A DNA stretch of 64,000 nt from IMG/VR virus record IMGVR_UViG_3300005918_000012, one strand, 5' to 3'. Shown in pieces: positions 40,892 through 49,305 of the stretch. The position numbers and the translations under genes are program-made. Position 1 is the first letter of the stretch; every line of letters begins with the position of its first letter. The notes beneath the pieces are model-generated. The model saw only the letters and a list, made by a program, of their open reading frames with translations. It was not told the DNA's origin and ran no database searches. This DNA is from a virus.

Positions 40892-41206
40892 TTATACCAC
40901 GAAATCTATGGCAATACGGGTCAAGTCCTCAATAATCGGCTTGAAGGCATCTGGATTGCTAAAATCGGTATTGGTTGTGATTTTGAACTGGCTGGGGTAT
41001 TTACTAATAAGAGTAGCAAAACCATTGTTCTCTGCCCATTTCTTCAAAGTGGCATAAGATTGGAAATCATAGCTTTCAACATGGATAGTAATTTTGAATC
41101 TGTCAGAACCTATTTTAAACAGGATTTTCTGGTCAACAGTTCTAGTGTCTTTCAGACCTTTTATAAGTTTAGTATCTTCTATAATTTCGATTTTTGTTTT
41201 AGCCAT
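40892..41206 (-). CDS. Hypothetical protein, first gene of the leftward operon
   Basis: 104 aa, AAGGAG RBS. Confidence 0.7.
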   Translation of the reverse strand: MAKTKIEIIEDTKLIKGLKDTRTVDQKILFKIGSDRFKITIHVESYDFQSYATLKKWAENNGFATLISKYPSQFKITTNTDFSNPDAFKPIIEDLTRIAIDFVV

Positions 41207-41240
41207 TGTGTTCTCCTTTTAGAACTGCTATCGTTTTATT

Positions 41241-41277
41241 CTTACTACAACAACCCACGACTTTTGAAAACTAAGCC
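41241..41277 (-). promoter_or_regulatory. Putative phage early-promoter motif GCTTAGTTT-N11-GGGTTGTTG (copy A, leftward)
   Basis: Reverse complement reads GGCTTAGTTTTCaaaagtcGTGGGTTGTTGTAGTAAG. Confidence 0.7.
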
Positions 41278-41290
41278 GTGAGATGGATTT

Positions 41291-41320
41291 GGCTTAGTTT
41301 CTTATTTTTGTGGGTTGTTG
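41291..41320 (+). promoter_or_regulatory. Putative early-promoter motif (copy B, rightward, back-to-back with A)
   Basis: GGCTTAGTTTcttatttttGTGGGTTGTTG. Confidence 0.7.
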
Positions 41321-41358
41321 GGGTGTAGTATAGAAACATTAACAATGAAGGAGAACAA

Positions 41359-41952
41359 ATGTCACTTTTAATGTTACAAGATGCTGAGGACATTGCTCGA
41401 AAGAATCGTCCTTGGTCTATAAGGCTGGAATTCACAGGAGTCAATGCCAATAACAAGACAGGTATTAGTGACAAGTACTGGTATGCTACCGGTCGGGGGC
41501 TGAATGAAGCAGTCGAGGTTGGTTGGGGTGCCTTTGGAAGTAAACCACAAACACAACTCACAACATGGGCTGAGTTACAGAACAGAGTACCGGACAAGCT
41601 CGCCAAGGGCTATATGTACGTTGCTCATCCTTTTGTCCGAATGTCCGCTGGTAACATAGCCAAGATACTCGGTCAGACTCCTGTAGCCCCTCAGCCTATC
41701 TCACCTAAAACGGCAACACCAGCAAAACCGAAGCTGGTGGCCTTGCCGTCCCAATCTTGGGTGATGGGTGCAACTCAAATAGCTTTAGGTAAGCCTTGGG
41801 ATTTGATCTATAGCCTCAAAATATCTCTTGACGGGACGAAGGTTAAGGGCTTTAAAGCACTGGATAAAAAAGGTAATGAAGTCTTGATGTTCGATGAAGA
41901 TGGTGGACGGGAATTTGCCATTGATTATGATCTTGACATAGATTTTACATAA
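41359..41952 (+). CDS. WGR-like domain protein
   Basis: 'SDKYWY...VEVGWGAFGSKPQ...KLAKGY' resembles a WGR domain, followed by a Pro-rich linker. Confidence 0.55.
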   Translation: MSLLMLQDAEDIARKNRPWSIRLEFTGVNANNKTGISDKYWYATGRGLNEAVEVGWGAFGSKPQTQLTTWAELQNRVPDKLAKGYMYVAHPFVRMSAGNIAKILGQTPVAPQPISPKTATPAKPKLVALPSQSWVMGATQIALGKPWDLIYSLKISLDGTKVKGFKALDKKGNEVLMFDEDGGREFAIDYDLDIDFT

Positions 41953-41965
41953 ATAGATAGATTTT

Positions 41966-42002
41966 GGCTTAGTTTTCATTTTTTGGGGGTTGTTGTAGTA
42001 AG
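41966..42002 (+). promoter_or_regulatory. Putative early-promoter motif (copy C)
   Basis: GGCTTAGTTTTCattttttGGGGGTTGTTGTAGTAAG. Confidence 0.7.
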
Positions 42003-42037
42003 AAGGCAACAAAGCCCTCGAACAAAGGAGTCAGACA

Positions 42038-42820
42038 ATGAAAAAATTAACTTTAACAATAATGGCAATGATCTTAGTAAGCGTCTTAACAGGATGCGGA
42101 ACTACTGTCGTAAATACAGCAGGAAGTTCTTATGTAGATGGTGACACAGACGGCTCGGAAGTCACCGAGGATAATGAAGGTGGGAACATCCCTCTCCCTG
42201 ACGGTGACACAGACGAAGTTACTGAGGAAGGTGAAGACACCGAAGTTACAGAGGATGCTGAGGGTGACACAAACGAAGATGCCGAAGTTACTGAGGAAGA
42301 AATTGAGGAATCAGAAAATTTTGATGGTGATACAGACGAAGATGCCGAAGCTGCCGATGATGAAGATTCGGAAAATGACTTGATAAGTCTAATGTGGCAA
42401 AACCCTCCCTCCCCTGATAATGAGATGTCTTGGCAGGAGGCAAAGGTTTATTGTGATGAATTAGTCCACGAAGGATACGAAGATTGGCACTTACCTACAG
42501 TTAATGACCTACGTTCGTTGATTGTAGGATGCCCCACAACCGAAACAGGTGGTGAGTGTGGTGTTACGAATGAATGTCTCGAACCAGAATGCTACGAACA
42601 TTCTAAATGTGCCCCTCAAGAATGTCCTTTGTGGGAAGGTCCTAGTCAAGGATGTTACTTAATACCTAATCTTTTCGGTTGCTCTAGCTCTTGGTCCTCA
42701 AATGAAACAAGTGATGGTGCATGGCTAGTTGGTTTTGAAGGAGCCGATGTTTTAAATATGGAAGTTGCAGTTGGTAAAAGTGGTGTACGTTGTGTACGTG
42801 AAACGAATGGTATCTTATAA
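42038..42820 (+). CDS. Lipoprotein with acidic DGDT repeats and C-terminal DUF1566 (Lcl-C) domain
   Basis: Lipobox LTGC. 'LMWQN...MSWQEAKVYCDEL...WHLPTVNDLRSL...GVRCVRE'. Confidence 0.8.
   Translation: MKKLTLTIMAMILVSVLTGCGTTVVNTAGSSYVDGDTDGSEVTEDNEGGNIPLPDGDTDEVTEEGEDTEVTEDAEGDTNEDAEVTEEEIEESENFDGDTDEDAEAADDEDSENDLISLMWQNPPSPDNEMSWQEAKVYCDELVHEGYEDWHLPTVNDLRSLIVGCPTTETGGECGVTNECLEPECYEHSKCAPQECPLWEGPSQGCYLIPNLFGCSSSWSSNETSDGAWLVGFEGADVLNMEVAVGKSGVRCVRETNGIL
42137..42362 (+). repeat. Imperfect coding tandem repeats (DGDTDE / EVTEE / EDAE)
   Basis: ggtgacacagacg-type units occur four times. gaagttactgaggaag and gaagatgccgaag each occur twice. Confidence 0.75.
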
Positions 42821-43029
42821 TGCCTATTTATAGAGTAGCCATAACGGTCAGCCCTGACCCTACAGATGATACTCCACAATACCGAGAGGTCACTGCCGAT
42901 AGTGACCTCTTGGCTATTGGTGAGGCTCTCAAATTAGCCCACACAATGACCCCACCCAAGGCTCCGAAAGAAGTTTGGGTTCATGCTTGGGGTAAAGTTT
43001 TCCATGTGATAGAAACCCCTAATGGGTAA
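42820..43029 (+). CDS. Small hypothetical protein
   Basis: 69 aa, TAATG coupling to the upstream gene. Confidence 0.6.
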   Translation: MPIYRVAITVSPDPTDDTPQYREVTADSDLLAIGEALKLAHTMTPPKAPKEVWVHAWGKVFHVIETPNG

Positions 43030-43050
43030 GGTTATCTTATTATAACTCCC
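43030..43050 (+). promoter_or_regulatory. Putative late-promoter motif (copy 4)
   Basis: GGTtatcttaTTATAactcCC. Confidence 0.5.
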
Positions 43051-43064
43051 CCTGCCTATAAGAG

Positions 43065-43418
43065 GTGGCACTTGTGAATGATTTTGTAGACGTTGAAAAT
43101 GTTAGAACAGAGGGCAAATATATTGTCATTTTTGAAAAAAGCTCAGGGAAGACTCCAGAGTATGGTTCACTATCCCAATTAAAGATTGGGGATATTGTAT
43201 GTATCCATAATTCCGAAGGGCATCAATCATTAAAAGTCGGTAAGATAACTGGTTCTAAATGGACAAAAAAGATACGTTCGGTATCAACAAATTATCAAGG
43301 GTTTGTCCTTACCCCCTCACAGATCATAGACACCCGAACTATTCGGCGTATTTTACGATTGAAACTTGGTGAAAAACCTACCCTGACATTAGAAGAACGT
43401 GATGACAAAGAAGAGTGA
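43065..43418 (+). CDS. Hypothetical protein
   Basis: 117-aa ORF. Start uncertain (GTG 43065 or 43074). Confidence 0.55.
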   Translation: MALVNDFVDVENVRTEGKYIVIFEKSSGKTPEYGSLSQLKIGDIVCIHNSEGHQSLKVGKITGSKWTKKIRSVSTNYQGFVLTPSQIIDTRTIRRILRLKLGEKPTLTLEERDDKEE

Positions 43419-43425
43419 GGTTTCT

Positions 43426-44160
43426 ATGAAGATTCAAATCATGAGTGATATTCATGCCGAGTTCCATCAAGATCGTGGGCATTCCTTCGTGCAGAGCTTG
43501 ACCCCTAATGACACCGATGTATTGGTAATTGCCGGAGATTTCGGTTTAATGAGCCAATACTCAGAACTCATACCTATCTTAGTTGATAAATACCCGCATA
43601 TTGTTCTCGTTGTCGGCAACCATGAGTTCTATAATAGTGATAGAGAAACTGTCATGGCCGAGCTAGGAAAACTGTTACTTAAATATGATAATTTTCATGT
43701 TCTGGAAGATAGTCATGTTACCATTGACGGCCAACGATTCATCGGTTCAACTCTGTGGTTCCCTGATACGAAGTCAGCTCGTCCTAATTGGAGGATGCTT
43801 AATGATTTTAATGTTATACATGGTTTCCGGGACTGGGTGTTTGAAGTAAACACTAAATCTGTAGAGTTTCTCGTAAAAAATGTGAAACCTACAGATATTG
43901 TTGTGACTCATCATCTGCCGACTGCTCAGGCTTCTGACAAGAAGTGGTGGGACTCTCCATTGCAACCTTTCTTTGTTTGTAATATGGAGCGTGTTCTTAT
44001 TATGCAGCATCCGAAACTGTGGGTGTTTGGCCATACCCATGACAATTACAATAATCTGTTCCTTCTCCCTTCGAGGCAACGTACTCGGCTGATCTGTAAT
44101 CCTTTTGGGTATGCTGGTGAAAACCCTGACTATCAAGACAATCTGGTCATCGAAGTATGA
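43426..44160 (+). CDS. Calcineurin-like metallophosphoesterase
   Basis: Motifs SDIH, AGD, GNHE, THH and GHTH. Start ATG 43426 follows GAGG. Confidence 0.9.
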   Translation: MKIQIMSDIHAEFHQDRGHSFVQSLTPNDTDVLVIAGDFGLMSQYSELIPILVDKYPHIVLVVGNHEFYNSDRETVMAELGKLLLKYDNFHVLEDSHVTIDGQRFIGSTLWFPDTKSARPNWRMLNDFNVIHGFRDWVFEVNTKSVEFLVKNVKPTDIVVTHHLPTAQASDKKWWDSPLQPFFVCNMERVLIMQHPKLWVFGHTHDNYNNLFLLPSRQRTRLICNPFGYAGENPDYQDNLVIEV

Positions 44161-44513
44161 GGATAGCTATTGTTGGATCTCGTCAATGTGATGCTCAAGG
44201 GGCAGTTGAGTACCTAATAGGCTCTCTGGCTGCAAAAGACCCTGACATAACCATAGTATCAGGTGGGGCTCGTGGAGTGGATTCATGGGCTGCTCAGGCA
44301 GCAGAACGGGCAGGTTTGAAGGTTGGAGTTTATCTGGCTGATTAGAATACTCATGGTAAAGGAGCAGGTTTCATTCGGAACACTACCATTGTTGAAGAGT
44401 CTGATAAAGTGATTGCTTTTTGGGATGGTGTGAGCCGAGGGACCAACGACACCATTAGAAAAGCTCAGAGTGCTGATAAACTGGCTAAGGTTTTTATGGT
44501 TAAAGCCCTATAA
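44157..44513 (+). pseudogene. SLOG/YspA-like (DUF2493-type) nucleotide-binding protein with an in-frame TAG
   Basis: MRIAIVGSR...SGGARGVDSWA...YLAD[TAG 44343-45]NTHGKGAGFIRN...VIAFWDGVSRGT...TAA 44513. The stop replaces the W of the ADW motif. Confidence 0.8.
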
Positions 44514-44518
44514 TAACC
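44498..44518 (+). promoter_or_regulatory. Putative late-promoter motif (copy 5)
   Basis: GGTtaaagccCTATAataaCC, upstream of 44556. Confidence 0.55.
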
Positions 44519-44555
44519 TAAAGTAGAGTTAGTAGGTGTTAGAGGAGTTTTTAAC

Positions 44556-45095
44556 ATGAGTGATAGCCAATTTGATATAGCCCATCGTGGTGCTGAAAAC
44601 ATTACGAAAGCATTTTCAAAAAGAGTTGAGAAATATGCTAAACCTTATATGAGGCATTTGACGGCTGAGATCCTTGGTGCGGGAGTCCCTTCCCAATACA
44701 TGCAGTATGCTTTCCGTATAGTTTTTGAAGGTCGACGTGGATGGAAAGTCCCTCCCAAATACAAATCTGCTATATTTGCTATGAACCGTGTTGTGATTGA
44801 CAAGCTATTAGTCCCAAACTACAATCGAAATGCAATTGCAGACAAAGATTACAGTGCTAATATGAATGAGGCTCTTGTGGAGACGGGTAAGTGGGTTTTG
44901 ACTCAGCTTGCCAAGAATCTCCAAAACGATTATAATAAAATTGCCGGTAAACAAGCCAAACTAGCTGTGCGGGAGATGCCTGATCTTTCGTACAATGAAT
45001 GGCTTGAGGAATACAAAGACCTTATTTCCCATCTATCTTCTTTATATTTAGGTGGGACTCGGACTGCAAACATACTTAATGCCATCCTTCATTAA
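44556..45095 (+). CDS. Hypothetical protein
   Basis: 179 aa, GAGGAG RBS. Confidence 0.7.
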   Translation: MSDSQFDIAHRGAENITKAFSKRVEKYAKPYMRHLTAEILGAGVPSQYMQYAFRIVFEGRRGWKVPPKYKSAIFAMNRVVIDKLLVPNYNRNAIADKDYSANMNEALVETGKWVLTQLAKNLQNDYNKIAGKQAKLAVREMPDLSYNEWLEEYKDLISHLSSLYLGGTRTANILNAILH

Positions 45096-45159
45096 AATTC
45101 TTTTGGGGTAAGATAAGAAACTGTTTTGATAACCCTCTTTGCAAGGGAGATGCATCTCT

Positions 45160-46767
45160 ATGTCTATGGAACAAGTTCAAGCTGCTTTAAAGAAGTTAAT
45201 GACCCGAAAAGATTTAACAGTCAAACCAACCAAACACCTTAAACCTACATTTACAGACTTCGATGGCTCTGAGAAACCATTAAAAGTCAGGTATTACCAG
45301 ATTCAGGGAATGCTTCATCTGGTTTTGATGAGGAATTTTGTCCTTGGTGATGATACGGGTTTGGGAAAAACCTTGGAGGCTATCGTAGCCCTCTGTTACA
45401 TTTGGGAAAAGGAGCCAGATCGAAAAGTTATTATCCTGACTACCAAGTCAGCCACGAAACAATGGGCTGGGGAATTCTCGAAGTTCACCACCGGGGTTAC
45501 AACATTCCTTGGTATGGGGACTCCTGTTGCCCGTACAAAAGCCCGTGAAGCTTTTGCTGCTTCAACTGGACCCACGGTAATGATTATGGGATACCGGTCG
45601 GCAGTTCAAGATTTCACACACCTTCAACATTTCGATGATTACATCATGATCTGTGATGAAGCTACCGCCTTCAAAAACCCCAAGACTCAGGTTCACCAAG
45701 TATGTCGGCATATGGCTGACCGATCTGCCAGAGCTTGGGGCTTAACAGCCACTCTCATTAAAAACAACCTGCTGGAAGGTTACGGAATTTATCAGGTGTT
45801 AGTGCCTGAGTTGTTCCAGATGACCTACAATCAGTTTATGATGTATTACTGCTTGGTTCGGATGCAGAAACTTCCAAGAAGTAACCGACAGATCCCCGTC
45901 GTTATTGGGTATGCCAAACCTAGAGTTTTGGAATTCAAAGATAACATTGCCCCTTATTTCTTGGGGAGGCCAAAATATGAAGTGGCTTCTGAGCTGCCTT
46001 CTTTGTTGATTCAAACTCTTAATGTTGAGATGACTGGTGAGCAGGACGACAGATACAAAGATGCTCTGGATGGATTGCTGGAGATTGGGACAGAAGCAGG
46101 ACTAGAAGAAAAAGAAGTTTCTAAACTCACAGCAGTTACATACTGTCAAGAGATTGTCAATGATTTGGAACTGATTGGAGCAATGGATTGTAAATCTCCG
46201 AAGTTGGAGACCTTGATAGAACTGCTCTCTGACGGAGATTTTGCAGAAGAAAATGTTATCATTTTCAGCCGATTCCGGAAAATGGTAGATATTATTATGC
46301 CTCGTCTGGCTAAAGCCAAAATCCCTGCTGTTCGAATCACAGGTTCAGAAGGAGCAGATGAACGAGAGGACGCCAAAGCTGCTTTCCAAGACCCTAATAA
46401 TCCTGTCAGGGTGGTTTGTATCACAATGGCTGGTTCGGATGCCATTAACTTGCAGGCTGCTAAGGCTTTGATTTGTTATGATACTCCGTGGTCGGCTGGT
46501 GATTTCATCCAGTTGATCGGACGGATGATCCGCATTGGTAGTCTCCACGATACTTGTTATGCTATCCATCTTGTAGCCAAGAGTTTCCAGCATAAGATTA
46601 CGATTGACAAAAGGGTTATGGAAGTGTTGGGTAAGAAGATGAAGCTGATTGAGATGGTTCTTGGTAAACGCTTCAAAGGAGAGGATGATTCCTCTGTTAT
46701 TGAAGTTCAGAATGACATCTCAGACATTTTCAATGGATTATTGGATGATGCCCGTGGAGGCCGATAA
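45160..46767 (+). CDS. SNF2/SWI2-family helicase/translocase
   Basis: 'LGDDTGLGKT', 'ICDEAT', 'LTATLIKN', 'IIFSRF', 'AGSDAINLQAA' and 'QLIGRMIRIG'. Confidence 0.9.
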   Translation: MSMEQVQAALKKLMTRKDLTVKPTKHLKPTFTDFDGSEKPLKVRYYQIQGMLHLVLMRNFVLGDDTGLGKTLEAIVALCYIWEKEPDRKVIILTTKSATKQWAGEFSKFTTGVTTFLGMGTPVARTKAREAFAASTGPTVMIMGYRSAVQDFTHLQHFDDYIMICDEATAFKNPKTQVHQVCRHMADRSARAWGLTATLIKNNLLEGYGIYQVLVPELFQMTYNQFMMYYCLVRMQKLPRSNRQIPVVIGYAKPRVLEFKDNIAPYFLGRPKYEVASELPSLLIQTLNVEMTGEQDDRYKDALDGLLEIGTEAGLEEKEVSKLTAVTYCQEIVNDLELIGAMDCKSPKLETLIELLSDGDFAEENVIIFSRFRKMVDIIMPRLAKAKIPAVRITGSEGADEREDAKAAFQDPNNPVRVVCITMAGSDAINLQAAKALICYDTPWSAGDFIQLIGRMIRIGSLHDTCYAIHLVAKSFQHKITIDKRVMEVLGKKMKLIEMVLGKRFKGEDDSSVIEVQNDISDIFNGLLDDARGGR

Positions 46768-47667
46768 ATGAATGATTACCCACAAGGTGATGGACTTCCC
46801 AACTGCCCGTTTTGTCATGGCAGAGGAGTTGTTCCTGTAACAAAAGAAGAACGACCTCCAATGGCTATTGGGGAAGTTACGAAGTTTTGCAACTGTGTGT
46901 TGATTCGAGATGTCATGCATAATCTTGAACGAGGCTGGAAAGGGCTATCGAAAGCTAAACCTATCAAGTCCTCTCCTTTGGCTGGCAGGCACACAGAAAA
47001 CCTGATGATTACTTCTTCAACTTTTCAAATGAAAGAACATATTAGGCATATTGCTGCCCGGATGGGGCCACGGTGGAATTTCCTCGTGGTTTCCGATGCA
47101 ACTCTTATGGATGCTTGGCTTTCTAAAGGTCTGGATGTTTATGACCCTGATATCTCAGGTATGAGAGATGATGAACGTCGAAGATTAGACAAATCTCCTA
47201 TTGAGGCTTTGTCTGAATTGGTAGAGCACCCAGCTCTCTTGATTGTTTGTCTGGGAGTTAAAGCTGCTCGAAATTCAGCTATGCCGGAAGTTCTTTTGGA
47301 GACTCTGACATTGCGGGAGTTCCGAGACAAAAAGACTTGGCTGATAGATCAGCCTGTGTATCCCTTGATGGAAGGGCATATCTCTTATAGTCCTTATGTC
47401 GGAAGCCATATTGAAGATTGGGAAGCCGTTGCTTTAGATGAAGGTATTCAGAAAATGGATATGGGGACTGATGCTCCGGGTGAAAGAGCACCAACGGCTG
47501 CACGAAAAGATAAAGCCCCTCCTCCCTCTAAAAGAGCAAACGTGATCCGAGCCCCTGTCCAAAGAACCGAGGAGATTTCAAACACTCCTGGTGATGATTG
47601 GGCTAGTGACGAACTTCGAAAGATGGAGAAGAATGCTCGTAATAAGAAATGGAAGGGCAAAAAATAA
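46768..47667 (+). CDS. Degenerate DnaC/DnaI-like helicase loader with N-terminal Zn finger
   Basis: CPFC...FCNC. 'LVEHPALLIVCLG...LLETLTLREFRDKKTWLI' resembles the DnaC Walker B region without its acidic residues. Lies directly upstream of dnaB. Confidence 0.55.
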   Translation: MNDYPQGDGLPNCPFCHGRGVVPVTKEERPPMAIGEVTKFCNCVLIRDVMHNLERGWKGLSKAKPIKSSPLAGRHTENLMITSSTFQMKEHIRHIAARMGPRWNFLVVSDATLMDAWLSKGLDVYDPDISGMRDDERRRLDKSPIEALSELVEHPALLIVCLGVKAARNSAMPEVLLETLTLREFRDKKTWLIDQPVYPLMEGHISYSPYVGSHIEDWEAVALDEGIQKMDMGTDAPGERAPTAARKDKAPPPSKRANVIRAPVQRTEEISNTPGDDWASDELRKMEKNARNKKWKGKK

Positions 47668-49305
47668 ATGAAAACACTATTAAGATCCACATTCATAGGT
47701 GCTCCGGGTGATAATCCTGATTTATTTCTCCGAAATTACATTAAATTAGATGATTCAGGGTTACATTTTGATCTTCCTGAAGACGTGGTTATTTGGGAGT
47801 TCGTGAAACAATTTGTTCGGGCACATAACCACGCCCCTGATCTGACTACTTTAAAAACTCAGTTTGCTCGAACGAATGAGGATACGGTTACTGAACGTCT
47901 TCGAGTCTTGGAAAATATCAAAGGCTTCTCTCAGGGTGATTTTGATACCCGATTAGGAGCTAAAGTTGAAGAGCGTCGTATCCGTGAAGTCACAGAACTG
48001 ATGAAAGACTCCAGTACTATCTTAACGACAGGGCTGGAGATCAGGAATGGCAAAGAGAAAAGGATACTGAAAGGACCGATGGAAGCGGTTCATTATTTCT
48101 TAGAGAAAAGTCATTCCGTTGTTGCTCCTTCTTCTGGTTCCCGGCTTTCAGGTGAGGTAACGGGAGATGGAGAAGACTTCTCCCGCCGGTATGAGAAAGT
48201 TGAAGCTGACCCTCTGGCTGGAATCGGTCAGCATACTGGACTAACTCAGATAGATGTTGCTACCAATGGGGCCAGAAAGTTTGAGCTGTGGATTCATGCA
48301 GCTTTTACAGGTGGTATGAAATCCACTTGGGTTCTTAATTGGATTTACAATCAGGCTATTTACCATCTCCATTCTAATCTGTTATTCAGTCTGGAGATGC
48401 CTTATATCCAATGCCGTAATATCCTGTGGGCTATCCACAGTAGTCACCCTAAATTCAGGCTTATCAGATATTTCCTTGGCCTTCAATCTAACCCAACAGA
48501 AACAGTCGGGTTGAATTATGAACAAATCCGTGATGGGACGCTGGAGCCGAATGCTAGAAAGTTCCTGTTTGATTATGTCACACCTGATTACAATGGTAAA
48601 CCTGTTGATGTGGATACCTGTCCTCTGACGGGTGATAAATATCACGACCCTCAGACTAAAGAAATTTTGACTTGTACTGTGGATGAGTTTGGCAAACCTC
48701 ATCCTAAGTCAAGTGACTACGGAAAAATATTCATTGAGGTTGCAGACCCGACCAAAATGGACTTCACGATGGACCAGCTCAGGCAGAAGGCCGAGCTTAT
48801 CTATTCTAAAACTCCATTCAGGATGATTGTCATCGATCACGTTAGTTTACTTTCACCTCGTAAATGGGTGGCAAGTCGTACTGACCGAGATAATGAGATC
48901 ATTCGTGATACAAAGAAGTTGGCTATGTCATTCAATCGTGGTGCAGGAATGGCTGTTGTGGCATTGTTCCAGATATCTCGTGAGGGTTACAGGTCGGCTC
49001 TGAAGATCAAGGAGAAAACGGGTACGGCTCGATATGAAGTTACGGCTTTATCTTATGCCAATGAAGCTGAGAGGTCAGCGGATATTGTCACATCCTCGTG
49101 GATTGATGATGATCTGATGGGAGCTAACAGGGTTCAGTTCCAGTGCTTAAAATCTCGTGATCAGAAGCCCTTTGAGATGTTCTTAGCTCGTGTAGAATGG
49201 CCTTGTCGTCGTGTACTGACATGTTTCGATATGCCAATGACGACTAATCAAAATCAAGCTGTTGGAGCTGAAGTTGATGCCGCAGTGAATATTTTAGATT
49301 TATGA
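47668..49305 (+). CDS. dnaB: DnaB-like replicative helicase
   Basis: 'AAFTGGMKST', 'FSLEM', 'IVIDHVSLL', 'LFQISREG', 'SYANEAERSADIV' and 'LKSRD'. Confidence 0.85.
   Translation: MKTLLRSTFIGAPGDNPDLFLRNYIKLDDSGLHFDLPEDVVIWEFVKQFVRAHNHAPDLTTLKTQFARTNEDTVTERLRVLENIKGFSQGDFDTRLGAKVEERRIREVTELMKDSSTILTTGLEIRNGKEKRILKGPMEAVHYFLEKSHSVVAPSSGSRLSGEVTGDGEDFSRRYEKVEADPLAGIGQHTGLTQIDVATNGARKFELWIHAAFTGGMKSTWVLNWIYNQAIYHLHSNLLFSLEMPYIQCRNILWAIHSSHPKFRLIRYFLGLQSNPTETVGLNYEQIRDGTLEPNARKFLFDYVTPDYNGKPVDVDTCPLTGDKYHDPQTKEILTCTVDEFGKPHPKSSDYGKIFIEVADPTKMDFTMDQLRQKAELIYSKTPFRMIVIDHVSLLSPRKWVASRTDRDNEIIRDTKKLAMSFNRGAGMAVVALFQISREGYRSALKIKEKTGTARYEVTALSYANEAERSADIVTSSWIDDDLMGANRVQFQCLKSRDQKPFEMFLARVEWPCRRVLTCFDMPMTTNQNQAVGAEVDAAVNILDL

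Noticed and set aside
41241-41330. Terminator or transposon ends at the inverted repeat
   Set aside because: It lies between divergent genes and each arm recurs singly upstream of other genes, so two back-to-back promoter-like motifs explain it better.
42038-42820. Diversity-generating retroelement targeting the DUF1566 gene
   Set aside because: No reverse transcriptase and no template repeat differing at adenines was seen in this window.
37785-45116. Third promoter motif GGGTAAnATA (about 37786 and 45106)
   Set aside because: Only two short intergenic matches, too weak to support without a genome-wide scan.
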